Assembly: GCF_009914755.1 (NCBI RefSeq)
Contig: NC_060935.1
Source: the human T2T-CHM13v2.0 reference genome, Homo sapiens
Strand: one strand, 5' to 3'
DNA: 64,000 nt
Shown here: positions 27,025-39,192 of the stretch, in pieces
How the letters are laid out: every line of letters starts with the position of its first letter
How positions within the stretch are numbered: the stretch's first letter is position 1
The notes under the pieces: generated by a model
What the model was told of the DNA's origin: nothing
Database searches by the model: none
Seen by the model: only the letters and a program-made list of their open reading frames with translations
Position numbers and translations under genes: made by a program

Positions 27025-27328
27025 TTTTATTTATTTATTTATTTTTCCAGATGGAGTCTCACTCTGTCGCCCAGGCTGGAGTGCAGTGGCGCGATCTGGG
27101 CTCACTGCAACCTCCACCTCCTGTGTTCAAGCAGTTTTCCTGCCTTACCTCCCGAGTAGCTGGGACTACAGATGCCCGCCACCACACCCGGCTGATTTTT
27201 GTATTTTTAGTAGAAACAGAGTTTCACCGTGTTGGCCAGGCTGGTCTCAAACTCCTGACCTCAGGTGATCCACCTGCCTCAGCCTCCCAAAGTGCTGGGA
27301 TTACAAGTGTGAGCCACTGCACCCAGCC
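27025..27328 (-). mobile_element. AluSx
   Basis: cctgacctcaggtgatccacc; TSD ctcatt(c/t)tt; (TTTA)n tail. Confidence 0.93.
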
Positions 27329-27739
27329 CTCATTTTTAAATTCATATCAAAATGCAAGGGAGGCAGAATAGACAAAACAATATTGAAAAAGCAGAAAACA
27401 GTTGGAGGACTCAAACTTTCCCATTTCAAAACTTATTATAAAGCTACTGTAATAAGTAGACTGTGATTACTAGGATAAGGATAGACTTGAAGATCAATGG
27501 AATAGAATTGAGACTTCAGAAATAACAATATATGTATAGTCAATTGATTTTTTACAAAGATGGCAGGACCATTCAATGGGGAAAAAGATAGATTTTTTTT
27601 TAACAAATGATGCTGAAACAACTATCATCCACATGCAAAGGAATGAATTTGAATAACTACATCATACCATATACAAAAATTAACTCAGATTATATCAAAG
27701 ACATAAACATAAAATCTAAAACTATAAAGCTTCTAGAAG

Positions 27740-27900
27740 TATCCCATTTAATCTTCAAAATACCCTTTATAGATCAGTCTTATTATTTTCATCCCCATTT
27801 CACACTTAGGGAAATGAAAGCTTTTCACAGTTACTGAAAGTAAGAATTCCAAATGAGGAAATTGGCTTCACTAGTCATCCCCTTAACCACTATACAATAT
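27740..27900 (-). mobile_element. MIR fragment
   Basis: atcccatttaatcttcaaaatacc...catccccatttcacac. Confidence 0.6.
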
Positions 27901-28359
27901 TACAGTTATGAAGCCATAGTCATAGGTTAACTGTAAACAAATGAAGTTATGATAGGAGGCTCAAAAAATAAAAGTTCTAATTGTATGAACAGAAATAATC
28001 AAATAGTTAAACAAAAAAAAAGGAGGCATGTAAAATGGCTCCGTAGGAAATGCTGTGGTAAGATCAGATTTTGAAAAAAAAAATACATGTGAAAGTTGAA
28101 GGAAGAAGCATAAATATAAAGACATATAAATGAACATCAAAGAACCATATATTGGAGTAGAGAAAACTCAAGTCCAGCATGGATAAAACTCAGGGAAAAT
28201 ATCCAAAATAAGTAAATTACTTGAATTTTATTTAGAGAAAGCCAAACCAGTGCCTATTCTTTAGAAGTGACACAACAATAACCCATGACAGAGAAAAGAA
28301 AATTAATCATACAGGTCTTATTACGTTTAACCTCCTCCATTTCAGAATAGAATGCAAGT

Positions 28360-28540
28360 TACTTACATTTATTGGGCTACTTTTGTCCTTTAGAAAATCC
28401 CACAAATATGTATCATTGCCACCATTTTACACATGAAGAAATTGTGGTTTGGAAGATACTGTTTACTCAAAGGTATAGCTAGTAAGTTGCAGAGATGGAA
28501 TTTGAACTGAAATCAATCTTGTGCTAAATCCACATTTTCT
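28360..28540 (-). mobile_element. MIR fragment
   Basis: ccattttacacatgaagaaattg...agctagtaagttgcagagatggaatttgaact. Confidence 0.75.
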
Positions 28541-29016
28541 TACATGAAAGATGTGACTGGTAAAAATTAGAATTACAGATGATTGATACTTAAAAAATTA
28601 GATTTAAGTGTATGATAATCTAAGCTGAATTAGTGTGCACAAATAGGTGGAAGTCCCATGAATTCTGATATTCCCAGCCCAGAGATAAATGATTCTGCTT
28701 TCATAATAGTTTTCCTTTTGTTCCATTTGTTGTCCTAGTTAATGTCTAGTTAATGCCTTTGTTAAGTTTTATCTGTGATAGCCTACAATACATAGTCCCC
28801 TCCTGCCTAGCACTTCCCTCACTACCCACACTTTCTGCATGTGTAGCTTTAGGTAATTCAAGGGAAATCCTGAATCCAAAATACAGCTCAAAGTTATAGC
28901 TAATGAGCCTTATCTACCTAGAATAAAATTCTGAAATAACCTTTTAGCATTCTTTATTAACGGATTGTTAAGTTGTCACAGTGACAGAAGGAAACAGAGA
29001 AGATACAATACCAGGA

Positions 29017-29195
29017 CTCTATCAGTTACCTACTGCTGAATTATAAACCACCACAAAATTAGAACCTTAAACCAAAAAAATGCACAAAATTTTAATTCCA
29101 TCACATTCTGCCATACAAAGCAAGTAATGAGGCCAGTCCAGATACAAGTCTACTTCTTGATGGGAGGAGCAGAAAAGTCACATTGCAAAAGGATG
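29017..29195 (-). mobile_element. MLT1 LTR remnant, internally deleted
   Basis: tatcagttacctactgctg...aaaccaccacaaaattag; gaggccagtccagatacaag...cttgatgggaggagc. Confidence 0.6.
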
Positions 29196-30027
29196 AGAAA
29201 TTTCTGATTTGTTAAACGTTATTTTCTTTAAATTGGACTTTGGGCAGACTTACTATAATATGGCAACTCCAAAGATTTTGTCACCTAAGTTGTATCTGTC
29301 TCCTCTTAGCTAATTCCATCCTTTCCTGTATTGTTGTCATTTCCTTAATATTATTCAGCCTGAAAAGGTAAAATAAATGTCATTAAGTGGGAATTAAATT
29401 ACTATTAGGCAGCTTTTTTCCTTAATAAAATGTAATCTATAGAATATTAAATTGTTATCAGAATCAATGAATTAGAGATATATATATGGCAACATGGAGA
29501 GATCTTCAAAGCATAGAATTTACTTGAAGTTAATAAAGTGAAATATATGTATTCCCATGAGGAGCATGAAGGAAGTAAAAGAGATAACTGTTCACCACAG
29601 GGATCGAATCAGGTGGGCTAGGCTGTATGTGTCATCAGAATCTTATTCTTCTAGGCATCACCTTTCTCTCCCAAACACATAAAGAAATATCCCAGCAAAA
29701 ATGAAATCTGGCTTTATGTAAGTGCATATTGGTTATTTAGAGTCCCCCTATTAGTGCATATTACTCATATAGAATAGAGACTATGCTTTAGGGGTAGGAT
29801 CAGAAAACCTGTGACACTACAACGTGGGAGATCCTGCATCACTGTGGAGTTTGGCATGGCCCCTGAGTATGTATGTTCAACTACATAACCTGTGCTGATC
29901 CTGTGTCTGCACTAAGGCACGTTATAATGTCTTAATATCCATTTTTAATGAAAGAATAAATGCAAAACACTTAAAACAGTGCCTGGCAAACAAAAGGTGT
30001 TTGAGAAATTCAGTTGCTATGATCATT

Positions 30028-30350
30028 ATATATTCAGTGCCTTCTCTATGTCAGGCATTATTTGAGGCTCTGTGGAAAGATCAGTGAACAAAATGAACAA
30101 AACTTTATAATCTTATTGAGCTTATATTTTAATGATGAAACAAACCATAAATAAATAAACAGAATATGTAGTATATAAGACGGCGATAAGTGTCATGGAG
30201 AAGAACAAGATAAAACAGATAAGGCAATGAGGGTTTTTAGTCAGGGTGGGGGTTGCAATTAAATTAGAATGGTCAGCAAAGGTGTCACTGAGATGGTGAC
30301 ACTGGAGCAAACTGCTACAGAATGTAAGGAAGAGTCATGCAGATACCTGC
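30028..30350 (-). mobile_element. L2 3' region
   Basis: ctatgtcaggcatt...cagtgaacaaaa...gtcactgagatggtgacactggagc. Confidence 0.8.
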
Positions 30351-30439
30351 TTAGAGAAGGCCCCTCATAGTATGACCCTTTAGCACACATTGTTTATGAA
30401 TTCACTAGTCCATGACACTGTGCCAAGTCCTGTGTGCAA

Positions 30440-30640
30440 AATAATAAAAGTAGCAAACAATTATTAAGTACTTACTGTGTGCTGGGACCTATACTAAGCA
30501 CACTACTTGCAATATTTCCCTTAATCTTTATAAAAATGATTTTATGTGGGAAGTAGGACTTAGAGAAGTTAAGTAACTTATCCAAAGTCAATCAACTAGG
30601 ATTGTTACTAGCAGCAGCACTAAGATTTCAATTTAAGATT
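30440..30640 (-). mobile_element. MIR
   Basis: acttactgtgtgctggg...cttagagaagttaagtaacttatccaaagtca. Confidence 0.75.
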
Positions 30641-30689
30641 AGGACACCACAGCTATTACCTGAATGTCATGTTTATTTATTGAACATAA

Positions 30690-30920
30690 GATATTTCTAT
30701 ACTCTCACAGAGCCTGGTACTTTTCCTTGATAGCCTTTAACATTGTATTTAATATATTATTCATACAACTGTTTTTTCAGTGCCTTTTTTCACATTAGAC
30801 TGCATATTATGTGACGGCAGGGATGAATCAGGCTTCCCTCATTCACCACTGAATTTGCAACACTTAGTACAGTGTCAAAGCACACAGAGTGCTCAATTCA
30901 TGTTGCCTGAATTAATCAAT
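30690..30920 (+). mobile_element. L2 3' end
   Basis: cattagactg...ggcagggat...ttcaccactgaat...gtgctcaattcatgttgcctgaattaat. Confidence 0.75.
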
Positions 30921-31043
30921 ATATCATATTTCATTATCATTGTTTCTTTGTAATATTTTACTGGTTGCAATGCTCACATGTTACTTTTCCCAGCTTTCAA
31001 ATAAATATTTAATAAATAAAATTTAAGGACACCAAATGGTCTT

Positions 31044-31352
31044 TGATATGGTTTGGCTGTGTCCCCACCCAAATCTCATCTTGAATTCCTACATGTAATG
31101 GAATTATGGGAGCAAGTCTTCCTCATGCTGTCCTCATGATAGTGAATAAGTCTCATGAGATCTGATGGTTTTATAAAGGGGAGTTACCTTGCACAAGCTC
31201 TCTTGTCTGCTGCCATGTGAGTGTCTTTCACTTTCTGCCATGATTGTGAGGCCTCCCCAGCCACTGAAACTAAGTTCACTGAACTTCTTTCTTTTGTAAT
31301 TTGCCCCGTCTCAGGTATGTCTTTATCACCAGCATGATAAAAGACCAATATA
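31044..31352 (+). mobile_element. THE1 (A/B) solo LTR
   Basis: tgatatggtttggctgtgtccccacccaaatctcatcttg; perfect 5-bp TSD GTCTT. Confidence 0.93.
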
Positions 31353-31702
31353 GTCTTCATATTATGAGTAATATGATCAAAGTAGGGCTTTAGGAATATT
31401 ATTCCAGTTTATAATTGTCTGTAATTGAAGTCTGTAATTCTTCCAGTCCAGCACCCACTCTAGTGACATAGCCCTTCAATTACTTTTTTGAATACCATCT
31501 TCTTCCCATAAGACAGTTCAGTGGTAAAAGTCTACCCCACCTCTTGTTCCAAGGATGGTTAAATGACTTAGCTCTAACCTCTACCAGTCTAACCACTGGC
31601 CTCAAAGACTTGCACGCAACCCAAGGCAGGCCAAAAAGATGCAGTCCTAAATGTTTGCTTAAACTATTGGGAAAGAGATACTTTGTTTCTCAGTATTGCT
31701 AA

Positions 31703-32265
31703 TGTTATGGTTAATATTAGGTGTCAACTTGATTGGATTGAAGGATGCCATGCCTAGATAGCTGGTAAAGTATGTTTCTGGGTGTGTCTGTGAGGGTATT
31801 GCCAAAGAAGATTGACATTTGAGTCAGTGGACTGAGAGAGGAAGAGCCACCTTCAATGTGGGTAGGCAACATCCAATAGGCTGTCATCACAGTAGAACAA
31901 AGCAGGCAGAAGAAGTGGGGGAAGCTGACTTGCTGAGCCTTCTAGCTTTCATCTTTCTCCCATGCTGGATGCTTCATTCTGTTCCTCCTGCCTGCAGCTT
32001 TCATCCAATAACTGCAGGGTTTTCAGTCTTTGGACTCTTGAACTTATACCAGTGGTTTGCCAGGGGGTCTCAGGCCTTCAGTCACAGACTGAAGACTTTT
32101 GGACTCGGTTTGAGGCACTACTGTCTTCTTTCTTCCTTAGCTTCCAGACAGCCTATCATGGGACTTGCAGTGTGATCATGTGAGCCAATTCTCCTTAATA
32201 AAATCTCTTTCATATATACATATATCCTATTAGTTCTGTCCCTATTGAGAGCCCTGAGTAATATA
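31703..32265 (+). mobile_element. MLT2B-type (MLT2B3-like) ERVL solo LTR
   Basis: tgttatggttaatattaggtgtcaacttgattggattgaagg; perfect 5-bp TSD GCTAA. Confidence 0.92.
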
Positions 32266-32498
32266 GCTAACATGTTAAGATTTACAACTGGAGCTTCTTC
32301 AGTTCATCTAGTTTCCTCATAAGAATGTGTCTGCAAAAGAAACCAATGAAGGAGAAAAGCAAGGCAAGATATGGGATGAAACAGATTTCTGACAAATATT
32401 TTTTTGCACCTGAGTTCATCCATCCGTAAAGCCATGCCCTTGGACTTTTCTGCTACATAAGCAATAGATACTTTTTCTTCCTTAAGCCAATTTGAATC

Positions 32499-33042
32499 TG
32501 TATATTAGCTATCTGCAGTTCATAATGAATGGCTTCAACATTTAATGGTTGAAAACAACAAAAATCACTTATTATCCCTCAGTTTCTAATGAGCAGGATT
32601 ACAAGTGTGGCTCAGATGGGATGTTCTGGCTGAGTCTCTTATGATGTTGCTCCTAGATGTTGGCTCGACTGCATTTATTCAGTGGCTCAACTGAAATGGA
32701 GAATCCTTTCAAAGGTGGCTCACTCATGGCTGGCAAGTTAGTGCTGGCTGTTGGCAAAAGTTCTCAGTTTTTTTTTCACATGGGCCTTTCCATAGGACTC
32801 GTTGAGTGTCTTCATGGCATGGTAACTGGCTTCCCCCAGGGTGAGCTATCCAAGAGCCCAAGACTAAGGCTGCACTACTTTTTAAAACCTAACCAACTAA
32901 CACTGGAAGTTACACACTATTACTTCTGCCTTACTCTCTTGGTTACACAGCATCAGCCCTATTCATTATGGAATGGAACTTTGCAAAGAGAGAAATAGAA
33001 AGCAAAGGTCACCAGAAGCCATCTAGGGTGCTGAATACCACA
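32499..33042 (-). mobile_element. MLT1 (F/G/H-like) solo LTR
   Basis: ggtggctcactcatggctggcaagttagtgctggctgttggc; ends taccaca. Confidence 0.85.
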
Positions 33043-34265
33043 ATCAGGTTTCTGTAATTGCATTATAAAGTCTCCTGCCTGAACTTACAATTTACCTAAA
33101 TATAATGTAAAGTGTCTATGTATTCTGATGAAAAGCCTTGATAGAATAAAGAAAACAGTATAAGCAAACAACCTCATCAAGGTAGACTCCAGGGAGACAG
33201 CATACCTGAGCCAGGCTTTGAAAATTATTTCACTATTTATTTGTTTAAGTAAGGATGAAAAGAAGTCATTTCAGGGCTGAGAAAAGGAGAGGCAAGAAGG
33301 AGTAAAAAGAAGACTGTTATAATTGATGTAAACAGAGGGGTCCTAGTGGAAGATAACACAGTGAACAATTAATGGAACCAGCTTGGGGCGGATCTCTGAC
33401 TATATATCTTCTAGAGCTCAGATTGAATTCTGTAGCAGTTTTTCCTCAGAAATATAAGCAGTAATTAAGCAAAGGGAAAAGATAAGGGAAGGCCCAGCCA
33501 TACTTCTGTACACACAATGCTAAACACAAACTTACCAATTTCCAAGTAAGAAGGTTGTTGGTAGCTAATGTGGTACCTTGCAAAGCCTCCATGGGCCTAA
33601 AACATGATCCTCATCTTCTCAATGTCAAAAGATCTCTCCTATTCATTTATTCAAGGTTGATCTGATTCTAGGGGACTAACTGATGCTAATAAAACTCACT
33701 AGAGATTGATTAGCAACTTGAAAGCTAATTTCTTGATTTATAATGAGAAACTTTATTGCCTCATGGACCAAAATTCTCAAGTCAAGTGGATAGTGTATCC
33801 TCTTTCTAATAGGGAAGTTTTCTTGGGAACTGAATTAATATGAGAAAGTTGCTCAGTAATTACAGAGGTAAAAGAAAGGAAATATAATTATCTCAATGAA
33901 TTTATGATTAATTGTTTTCTCTTCTCTATACTTAAATCATTTGACATGTTTGTTCACTCCAGAAACATTTACTCAGCATCTTCTATGTGCCCTGCCCCAT
34001 ATTAGTTGCTGAGCCATGTAAAAATGTACAAAAGCCTTTGCTATCAGCAAGAGGACAAGTGGGGAACCAACATAATTCAAGCTTCTAATATTTGCCAGAC
34101 CTTATACTAGGTGATTTATATCATTGATTTTTTACAACAAACTCTGTAAGAAATTAGATTTTATTTTTCTTCTTCAAAGATGATAAAATATATTTAAAAA
34201 TAAAAAATGCAATTTAAATAACTTATGCATGATCACAAAGATATGTGGTTTCATTACTGTATATG

Positions 34266-34698
34266 CAGTTAACCCCTGAGCAAGAAAAGTGTTAGGGGCA
34301 CTGACCCCCATGCAGTCAAAAATCTATATATAACTTTTGACTCCCCTAAATATTAACTACTGATAAACTATTGTTGATTGGAAGCCTTTACTGATAAAAT
34401 AAACAGCTGGTTAACACATATTTTGTATTTTCTATGTATTATATACTCTAATTTTTACAATAAAGTAAGCTAGAGAAAAGAAAATGTTACTAAGAGAATC
34501 ATAAGAAGGAGAAAATATATTTACTGTTTATTAAGTGGAAGTGAATCCTCTGAAAGATTTCATCCTTAACACCTTCACACTGAGGAGGAGGAGGAAGAGG
34601 AGGAGTTGCTCTTGCATCTCAGAGGTAATAGAAGCAGAAGAAAATCCTTGTATAAGCGGACCCATGCAGTTCAAACCTGTGCTGTTAAGAGTCAACTG
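34266..34698 (-). mobile_element. Tigger2a-like non-autonomous DNA transposon
   Basis: TIRs cagttaacccctga...agagtcaactg, TA at right end, about 430 bp. Confidence 0.9.
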
Positions 34699-34930
34699 TA
34701 TTTGTCAAAACTGATATCATACGTAAATTATACCTCAATAAACTGATTAACGAAAACCATGTCAGAAAGTCAAAGAGAGGATTTGGAGAGACAAAATTTT
34801 GAAAAAGGCTGTTACATGGTGTGAGTTCCCAATCCCCAAACTTTGCCTCAGGCCTGCTGAAAAGAGTTTCCATGGTACCACTAAAGAAGCAGAAATGGGT
34901 TCCTTGAAGTTTCCTAGATGATTAGTTCTG

Positions 34931-35651
34931 AGTAAAGGTTAGTTTTATTTGTTCAACTTAGCTAGGCTATGATGCCCAGTTGTTTGATCAGACACCAGTC
35001 TAGACATTTCTCTGAAGGTATTTTTTAGATGTGTGTATTAGTCCATTTCACATTGCTGATAAAGACATACCTAAGACAGGGCAATTTACAAAAGAAAGAG
35101 GTTTAATGGACTTACAGTTCCACATGGCTGGGAAGGCCTCACAATCATGGCAGAAGGTGAAGGGCACATCTCACATGGTGGCAGACAAGAGAATTGAGCT
35201 TTTTCAGGGAAACTCCCCTTTGTAAAACCATCAGATCTCATGAGACTTATTATCACCAGAACAGCACAGGAAAGGCCTGCCCCCATGATTCAATTACCTC
35301 CCACTGGGTCTCTCAAGATGAGATTTAGTGGGGACACAGCCAAACCTTATCAATGTGATTAACATTTAAATCAGTAGACTTTGAGTAAATCAGATTACTC
35401 TGTATAATATGGGTGGGCATCATCCAATCAATTAAAGGCCTAAGTGCAAAGACTGGAGTTTTTCAGGGAAAGAATTCTGTTTCCAGATTGCAACATAGAG
35501 ATTCTGTCTGAGTTTCCAGTTTTCAGACTCAATACTACAACATCAACTCTTGCTAAGATTCACTAGCCTCCATAATCTTGTGAGCCAATTCCTTAACATC
35601 AACCTCTCTCTCTTAATCGGTCTGTTTCTCTGGAGAACTCGGACTAATACA
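34931..35651 (+). mobile_element. MLT2D ERVL LTR, split by THE1, followed by ERVL internal start/PBS
   Basis: ctaggctatgatgcccagttgtttgatc...ctctggagaactcggactaataca then gattttggtacccagagtggttc. Confidence 0.88.
35034..35352 (-). mobile_element. THE1 (A/B) solo LTR
   Basis: tgtattagtccatttcac...gggacacagccaaaccttatca; perfect TSD ATGTG. Confidence 0.93.
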
Positions 35652-35722
35652 GATTTTGGTACCCAGAGTGGTTCAAAAGGAACAAAATCTTAAGAATGAG
35701 TTTTCCAAATTGGAAAATCTAA

Positions 35723-35927
35723 ACATCAGCTAGTCCTGGTTCACCAGCAGACTGCCTTTGGACTCACACTGCATCTCTTTTCTGAGTCTCAAACTGCTAG
35801 CCTCCCTTATCTTATTTTGGACTTTCTAATCCTCCACAATCACATGAGCTAATTCAAAAATAAATGTGTTAACAAATAAACAAACATCCTACACGTTCTT
35901 TTTCTCTGGAGAACCCTGATTTATATA
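35723..35927 (+). mobile_element. 3' part of a second MLT2 (C-like) LTR
   Basis: cagcagactgcctttggactc...ctctggagaaccctgatt. Confidence 0.75.
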
Positions 35928-35970
35928 ATCCCCAAAACTATCCTGTGCTTATTTTCCCAGTTTTAAAATT

Positions 35971-36160
35971 CAGAATTGGTATAGACATGCTGAGCAACCA
36001 GGGAAGAATCCCCACATTGGTTTTCTCATCTGTATATTGAGAGCTATTGTGGTAGGAAAGGCTAAGTGTAAGCCACTAGACCTGTCTCTACCAAGGAAAA
36101 TACTAAACTGAAAGCAATACCACATTACTGGAGGGATTACAGAGATAACAGCCACCATCC
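35971..36160 (+). mobile_element. ERVL internal fragment (protease/RT junction), decayed
   Basis: Translates IGIDMLS / NPHIGFLICILRAIVVGKAKCKPLDLSLPRKILN*KQYHITGGITEITATI, matching recalled HERV-L pol. Confidence 0.85.
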
Positions 36161-36509
36161 TATTCGATATGTCTCTCTGGAGAACACAGTCTGATTCACA
36201 CCTAAGAATGTTAGTCAGCCCATATAAGCAAGATAGAGTTAGTTTGACCTGCATTTTCAATTTTGGGTTTGGGGACAAGGACTGAAATGTTTTTTGTGAA
36301 CTAGATGTGGGCCTCTTGAGATTATCTTGGTCCTCATGAATAGAACTGTACAGAGGATTGAGGATTCATGGCAGCAGAAGTTAGAGTAGATAATAGGTTA
36401 CTGAGAATGTTAGCAGTCAAGAGTGAATGCATCTGTCCAGGTCAAAGGAACTGTAGAAGAAAAGTCTCTAGTGTCAGGAAGCTTTCAATAATCCAAAAAT
36501 GTACATCAC

Positions 36510-38640
36510 CCAATTCAATCCATAAATTTTTATTTAGTTTCTAGACAATGTTAAATAATATTTTAGGTGCTAAAGATACATTAACACACAGTACAGACAC
36601 AAATTGTTGCCCTTGGAGAACTTTTATTCTAATGGTAGAGGCAAACATAAAAACAAGGTTGTAAACTGGATCCCTTCCTTACACCTTATATAAAAATTAA
36701 TTCAAGATGGATTAAAAACTTAAATGTAAGACCTAAAACCATAAAAAACATGGAAGAAAATCTAGGCAATACCATTCAGGACATAGGCATGGTCAAAGAC
36801 TTCATGACTAAAACACCAAAAGCAATGGCAACAAAAGCCAAAATAGACAAATTGGATCTAATTAAACTAAGGAGCTTCTGCACAGCAAAAGAAACTACCA
36901 TCAGAGTGAACAGGCAACCTACAGAATGGGAGAAAATTTTTACAATCTACCCATCTGACAAAGGGCTAATATCCAGAATCTACAAAAAACTCAAACAAAT
37001 TTACAAGGAAAACAAACAACCCCATCAAAAAGTGGGCAAAGTATATGAACAGACACTTCTCAAAAGAAGACATCTATGCAGCCAACAGACACATGAAAAA
37101 ATGCTCATCATCACTGGTCATCGGAGAAATGCAAATCAAAACCACAATGAGATACTATCTCACATCAGTTAGAATGGCGATCACTAAACAGTCAGGAAAC
37201 AACAGATACTGGAGAGGATGTGGAGGAATAGGAATGCTTTTACACTGTTGATGGGAGTGTAAATTAGTTCAACCATTGTGGAAGACACTGTGGCAATTCC
37301 TCAAGGATCTAGAACTAGAAATACCATTTGACCCAGCAATCCCATTACTGGGTATATACCCAAAGGATTATAAATCATGCTACTATAAAGACAAATGCAC
37401 ACGTATGTTTATTTCAGCACTATTCACAATAGCAAAGACTTGGAACCAACCCAAATGTCCAACAATGATAGACTGGATTAAGAAAATTTGGCACATATAC
37501 ACCATGGAATACTATGTAGCCATGAAAAAAGATACGTTCCTGTCCTTTGCAGGGTCATGGATGAAACTGGAAACCATCATTCTCAGCAAACTATCACAAG
37601 GACAGAAAACCAAACACCGCATGTTCTCACTCACAGGTGGGAATTGAACAATGGGATCACTTGGACACAGGGCAGGGAACATCACACACTGGGCCTGTCG
37701 GTAGATGGGGGGCTAGGGGAGGGATAGCATTAGGAGAGATACCTAATGTAAATGATGAGTTGATGAGTGCAGCAAACCAACATGTCACATGTATACCTAT
37801 GTATCAAACCTGCACATTGTGCACATGTATCCTAGAACTTAAAATATAATTTTAAAAAGTGAAAAAAAAAACAAAGGTCAGACTAAGGAGAATGAGGAAT
37901 GCCAGGGTAGACAGGGTAGTCATCATTAGTAAAAGAAGGTAACAATTTGAGGAATGATTTGAAGGAGATAATGAAGCAAGCACACAGGTAGAAGAAACAG
38001 CCAGTACAAACACCCAAATGATGGAAATTTTCCTGGCATGCTTAAGGAACAAGAAAAAGGCCAATGTAGCTGTGCTAATACAGCAAGGAAACCTAATCAT
38101 AGATGAAGTCTGAGAGATCATGGGGACCAGATTATGCTGGGCTTTATAGTTCATTCTAACAACTTTGCTTTTGCTATGAGTAAAACAGAGTCATTTTAGG
38201 GCTTTAAGCAAGGATCACACTAGCTTCTAATTAAGCACAAAGGGACAAGGGTAGAGACAAAGAGAGCAGGTTGAAGAAAATAATATAGATGAGAGATTGT
38301 AGTGGCTTGGAGTCCACTAGTAGCAGTAGAAGTTGTGAATTCTGGATGTATATTGAAGGCAGCATCCTCAAGATTTCCTGAAAAATTGAATATATGAAAA
38401 GAAGAGAGAATCAAGGATGACTCCAAAGACTCAACAACTGGAAAGATGATTCCCTGAGATTGAGTAGACTGGAGGTGCAAGAAGTTTTAGGGGAAAGGTA
38501 TTGGTTGATCTTTGGACATCTTAAATTTAAGATGAGTATTAGAAATCCAAGTGAGCATGCTGAGTAGGCAGTTTGAAATATGAGTCTGGAGATTAAGGGA
38601 GAAATCCAAGCCAGTAATATAACTTAGGATTCATCATCAC
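36510..38640 (-). mobile_element. L2 LINE split by L1PA
   Basis: L2 3' end at 36510-36660; body at 37870-38640 (ORF 38220-38480 carries TATSGLQATTISHLYY, like L2 TATTLVQATIISRLDY). Confidence 0.85.
36663..37870 (+). mobile_element. 5'-truncated L1PA5/6-like
   Basis: ORF2 C-terminus (EIPFDPAIPLLGIYPKDYKSC...HRMFSL), L1PA 3'UTR, near-TSD aaacaa(a)ggt. Confidence 0.95.
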
Positions 38641-38708
38641 AGACATAATGTTTCACACAAAGATGTCATGATTTAAAATTGCCTTATCCTCTCATCTCCT
38701 CTTCCTAT

Positions 38709-39192
38709 TGAAGGAAATTTTAAAAAAATACACCAAAATATATTTCTTTGACATATTTTGAAATGGCTGCCCTTAGCCATCCTGACAGAAGTGGCCTTGC
38801 AAAGCTGAATTAAGTGGGGAAAATTTCCATCTATAGATAATCTCCACTAATACAGTCATGCCCCCTCCCTTTCTACACCTTTCCCCAGATCCGGGAGGGA
38901 TTGAGACTCTGACACCTTTAAAAGACTGAAAAGAAACATTTACCATCTATTCTTTCTAGGGGAGGCTTCACTACATAACAAGGTCACCTTTGCTGGCCAG
39001 AATGTAAGCCCCCATTCATTCCATAACCTCAAAATGGTATATTAAGTTTCTGTAACTCTTTGGGAAATTAGATTTTCATTCTAAAGGCTCCAATGTATCT
39101 ATGCTAAATACATTTGTATGCCTTTTCTCTTATTAATCATGTTAGTGATTTTTAGCAAACCTTTAGGAGACCAGGAGCCTATGGCCCCCACA
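38709..39192 (+). mobile_element. ERV1 solo LTR (MER39/LTR29-like) inside an older LTR-like element
   Basis: tgaaggaaa...ccaaaatatatttctttgacatattttg...ggcccccaca; TSD ctat/ctaa. Confidence 0.8.

Larger units (their letters stand above)
22880..27738 (+). mobile_element. Old L1M: 5'UTR, ORF1 and deleted ORF2, split by two Alus
   Basis: ORF1 C-terminal motifs near 24600-24750; ORF2 motifs (gatggcttcactggtgagttctacca, gtatttgacaaaatccaa); many stops. Confidence 0.88.
31430..33085 (+). mobile_element. Old MLT1 LTR hosting two younger LTRs
   Basis: MLT1 motifs resume after each insert (ggcaggccaaa; cccttggacttttc...ttaagccaatttga; gtttctgtaattgca). Confidence 0.65.

Noticed and set aside
29854-29865. 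GCATGGCCCCTG, identical to a piece of U6 snRNA
   Set aside because: 12-nt match with non-matching flanks; not a U6 pseudogene
36750-37647. L1 ORF2 C-terminal ORFs as a gene
   Set aside because: 5'-truncated, frameshifted L1PA copy
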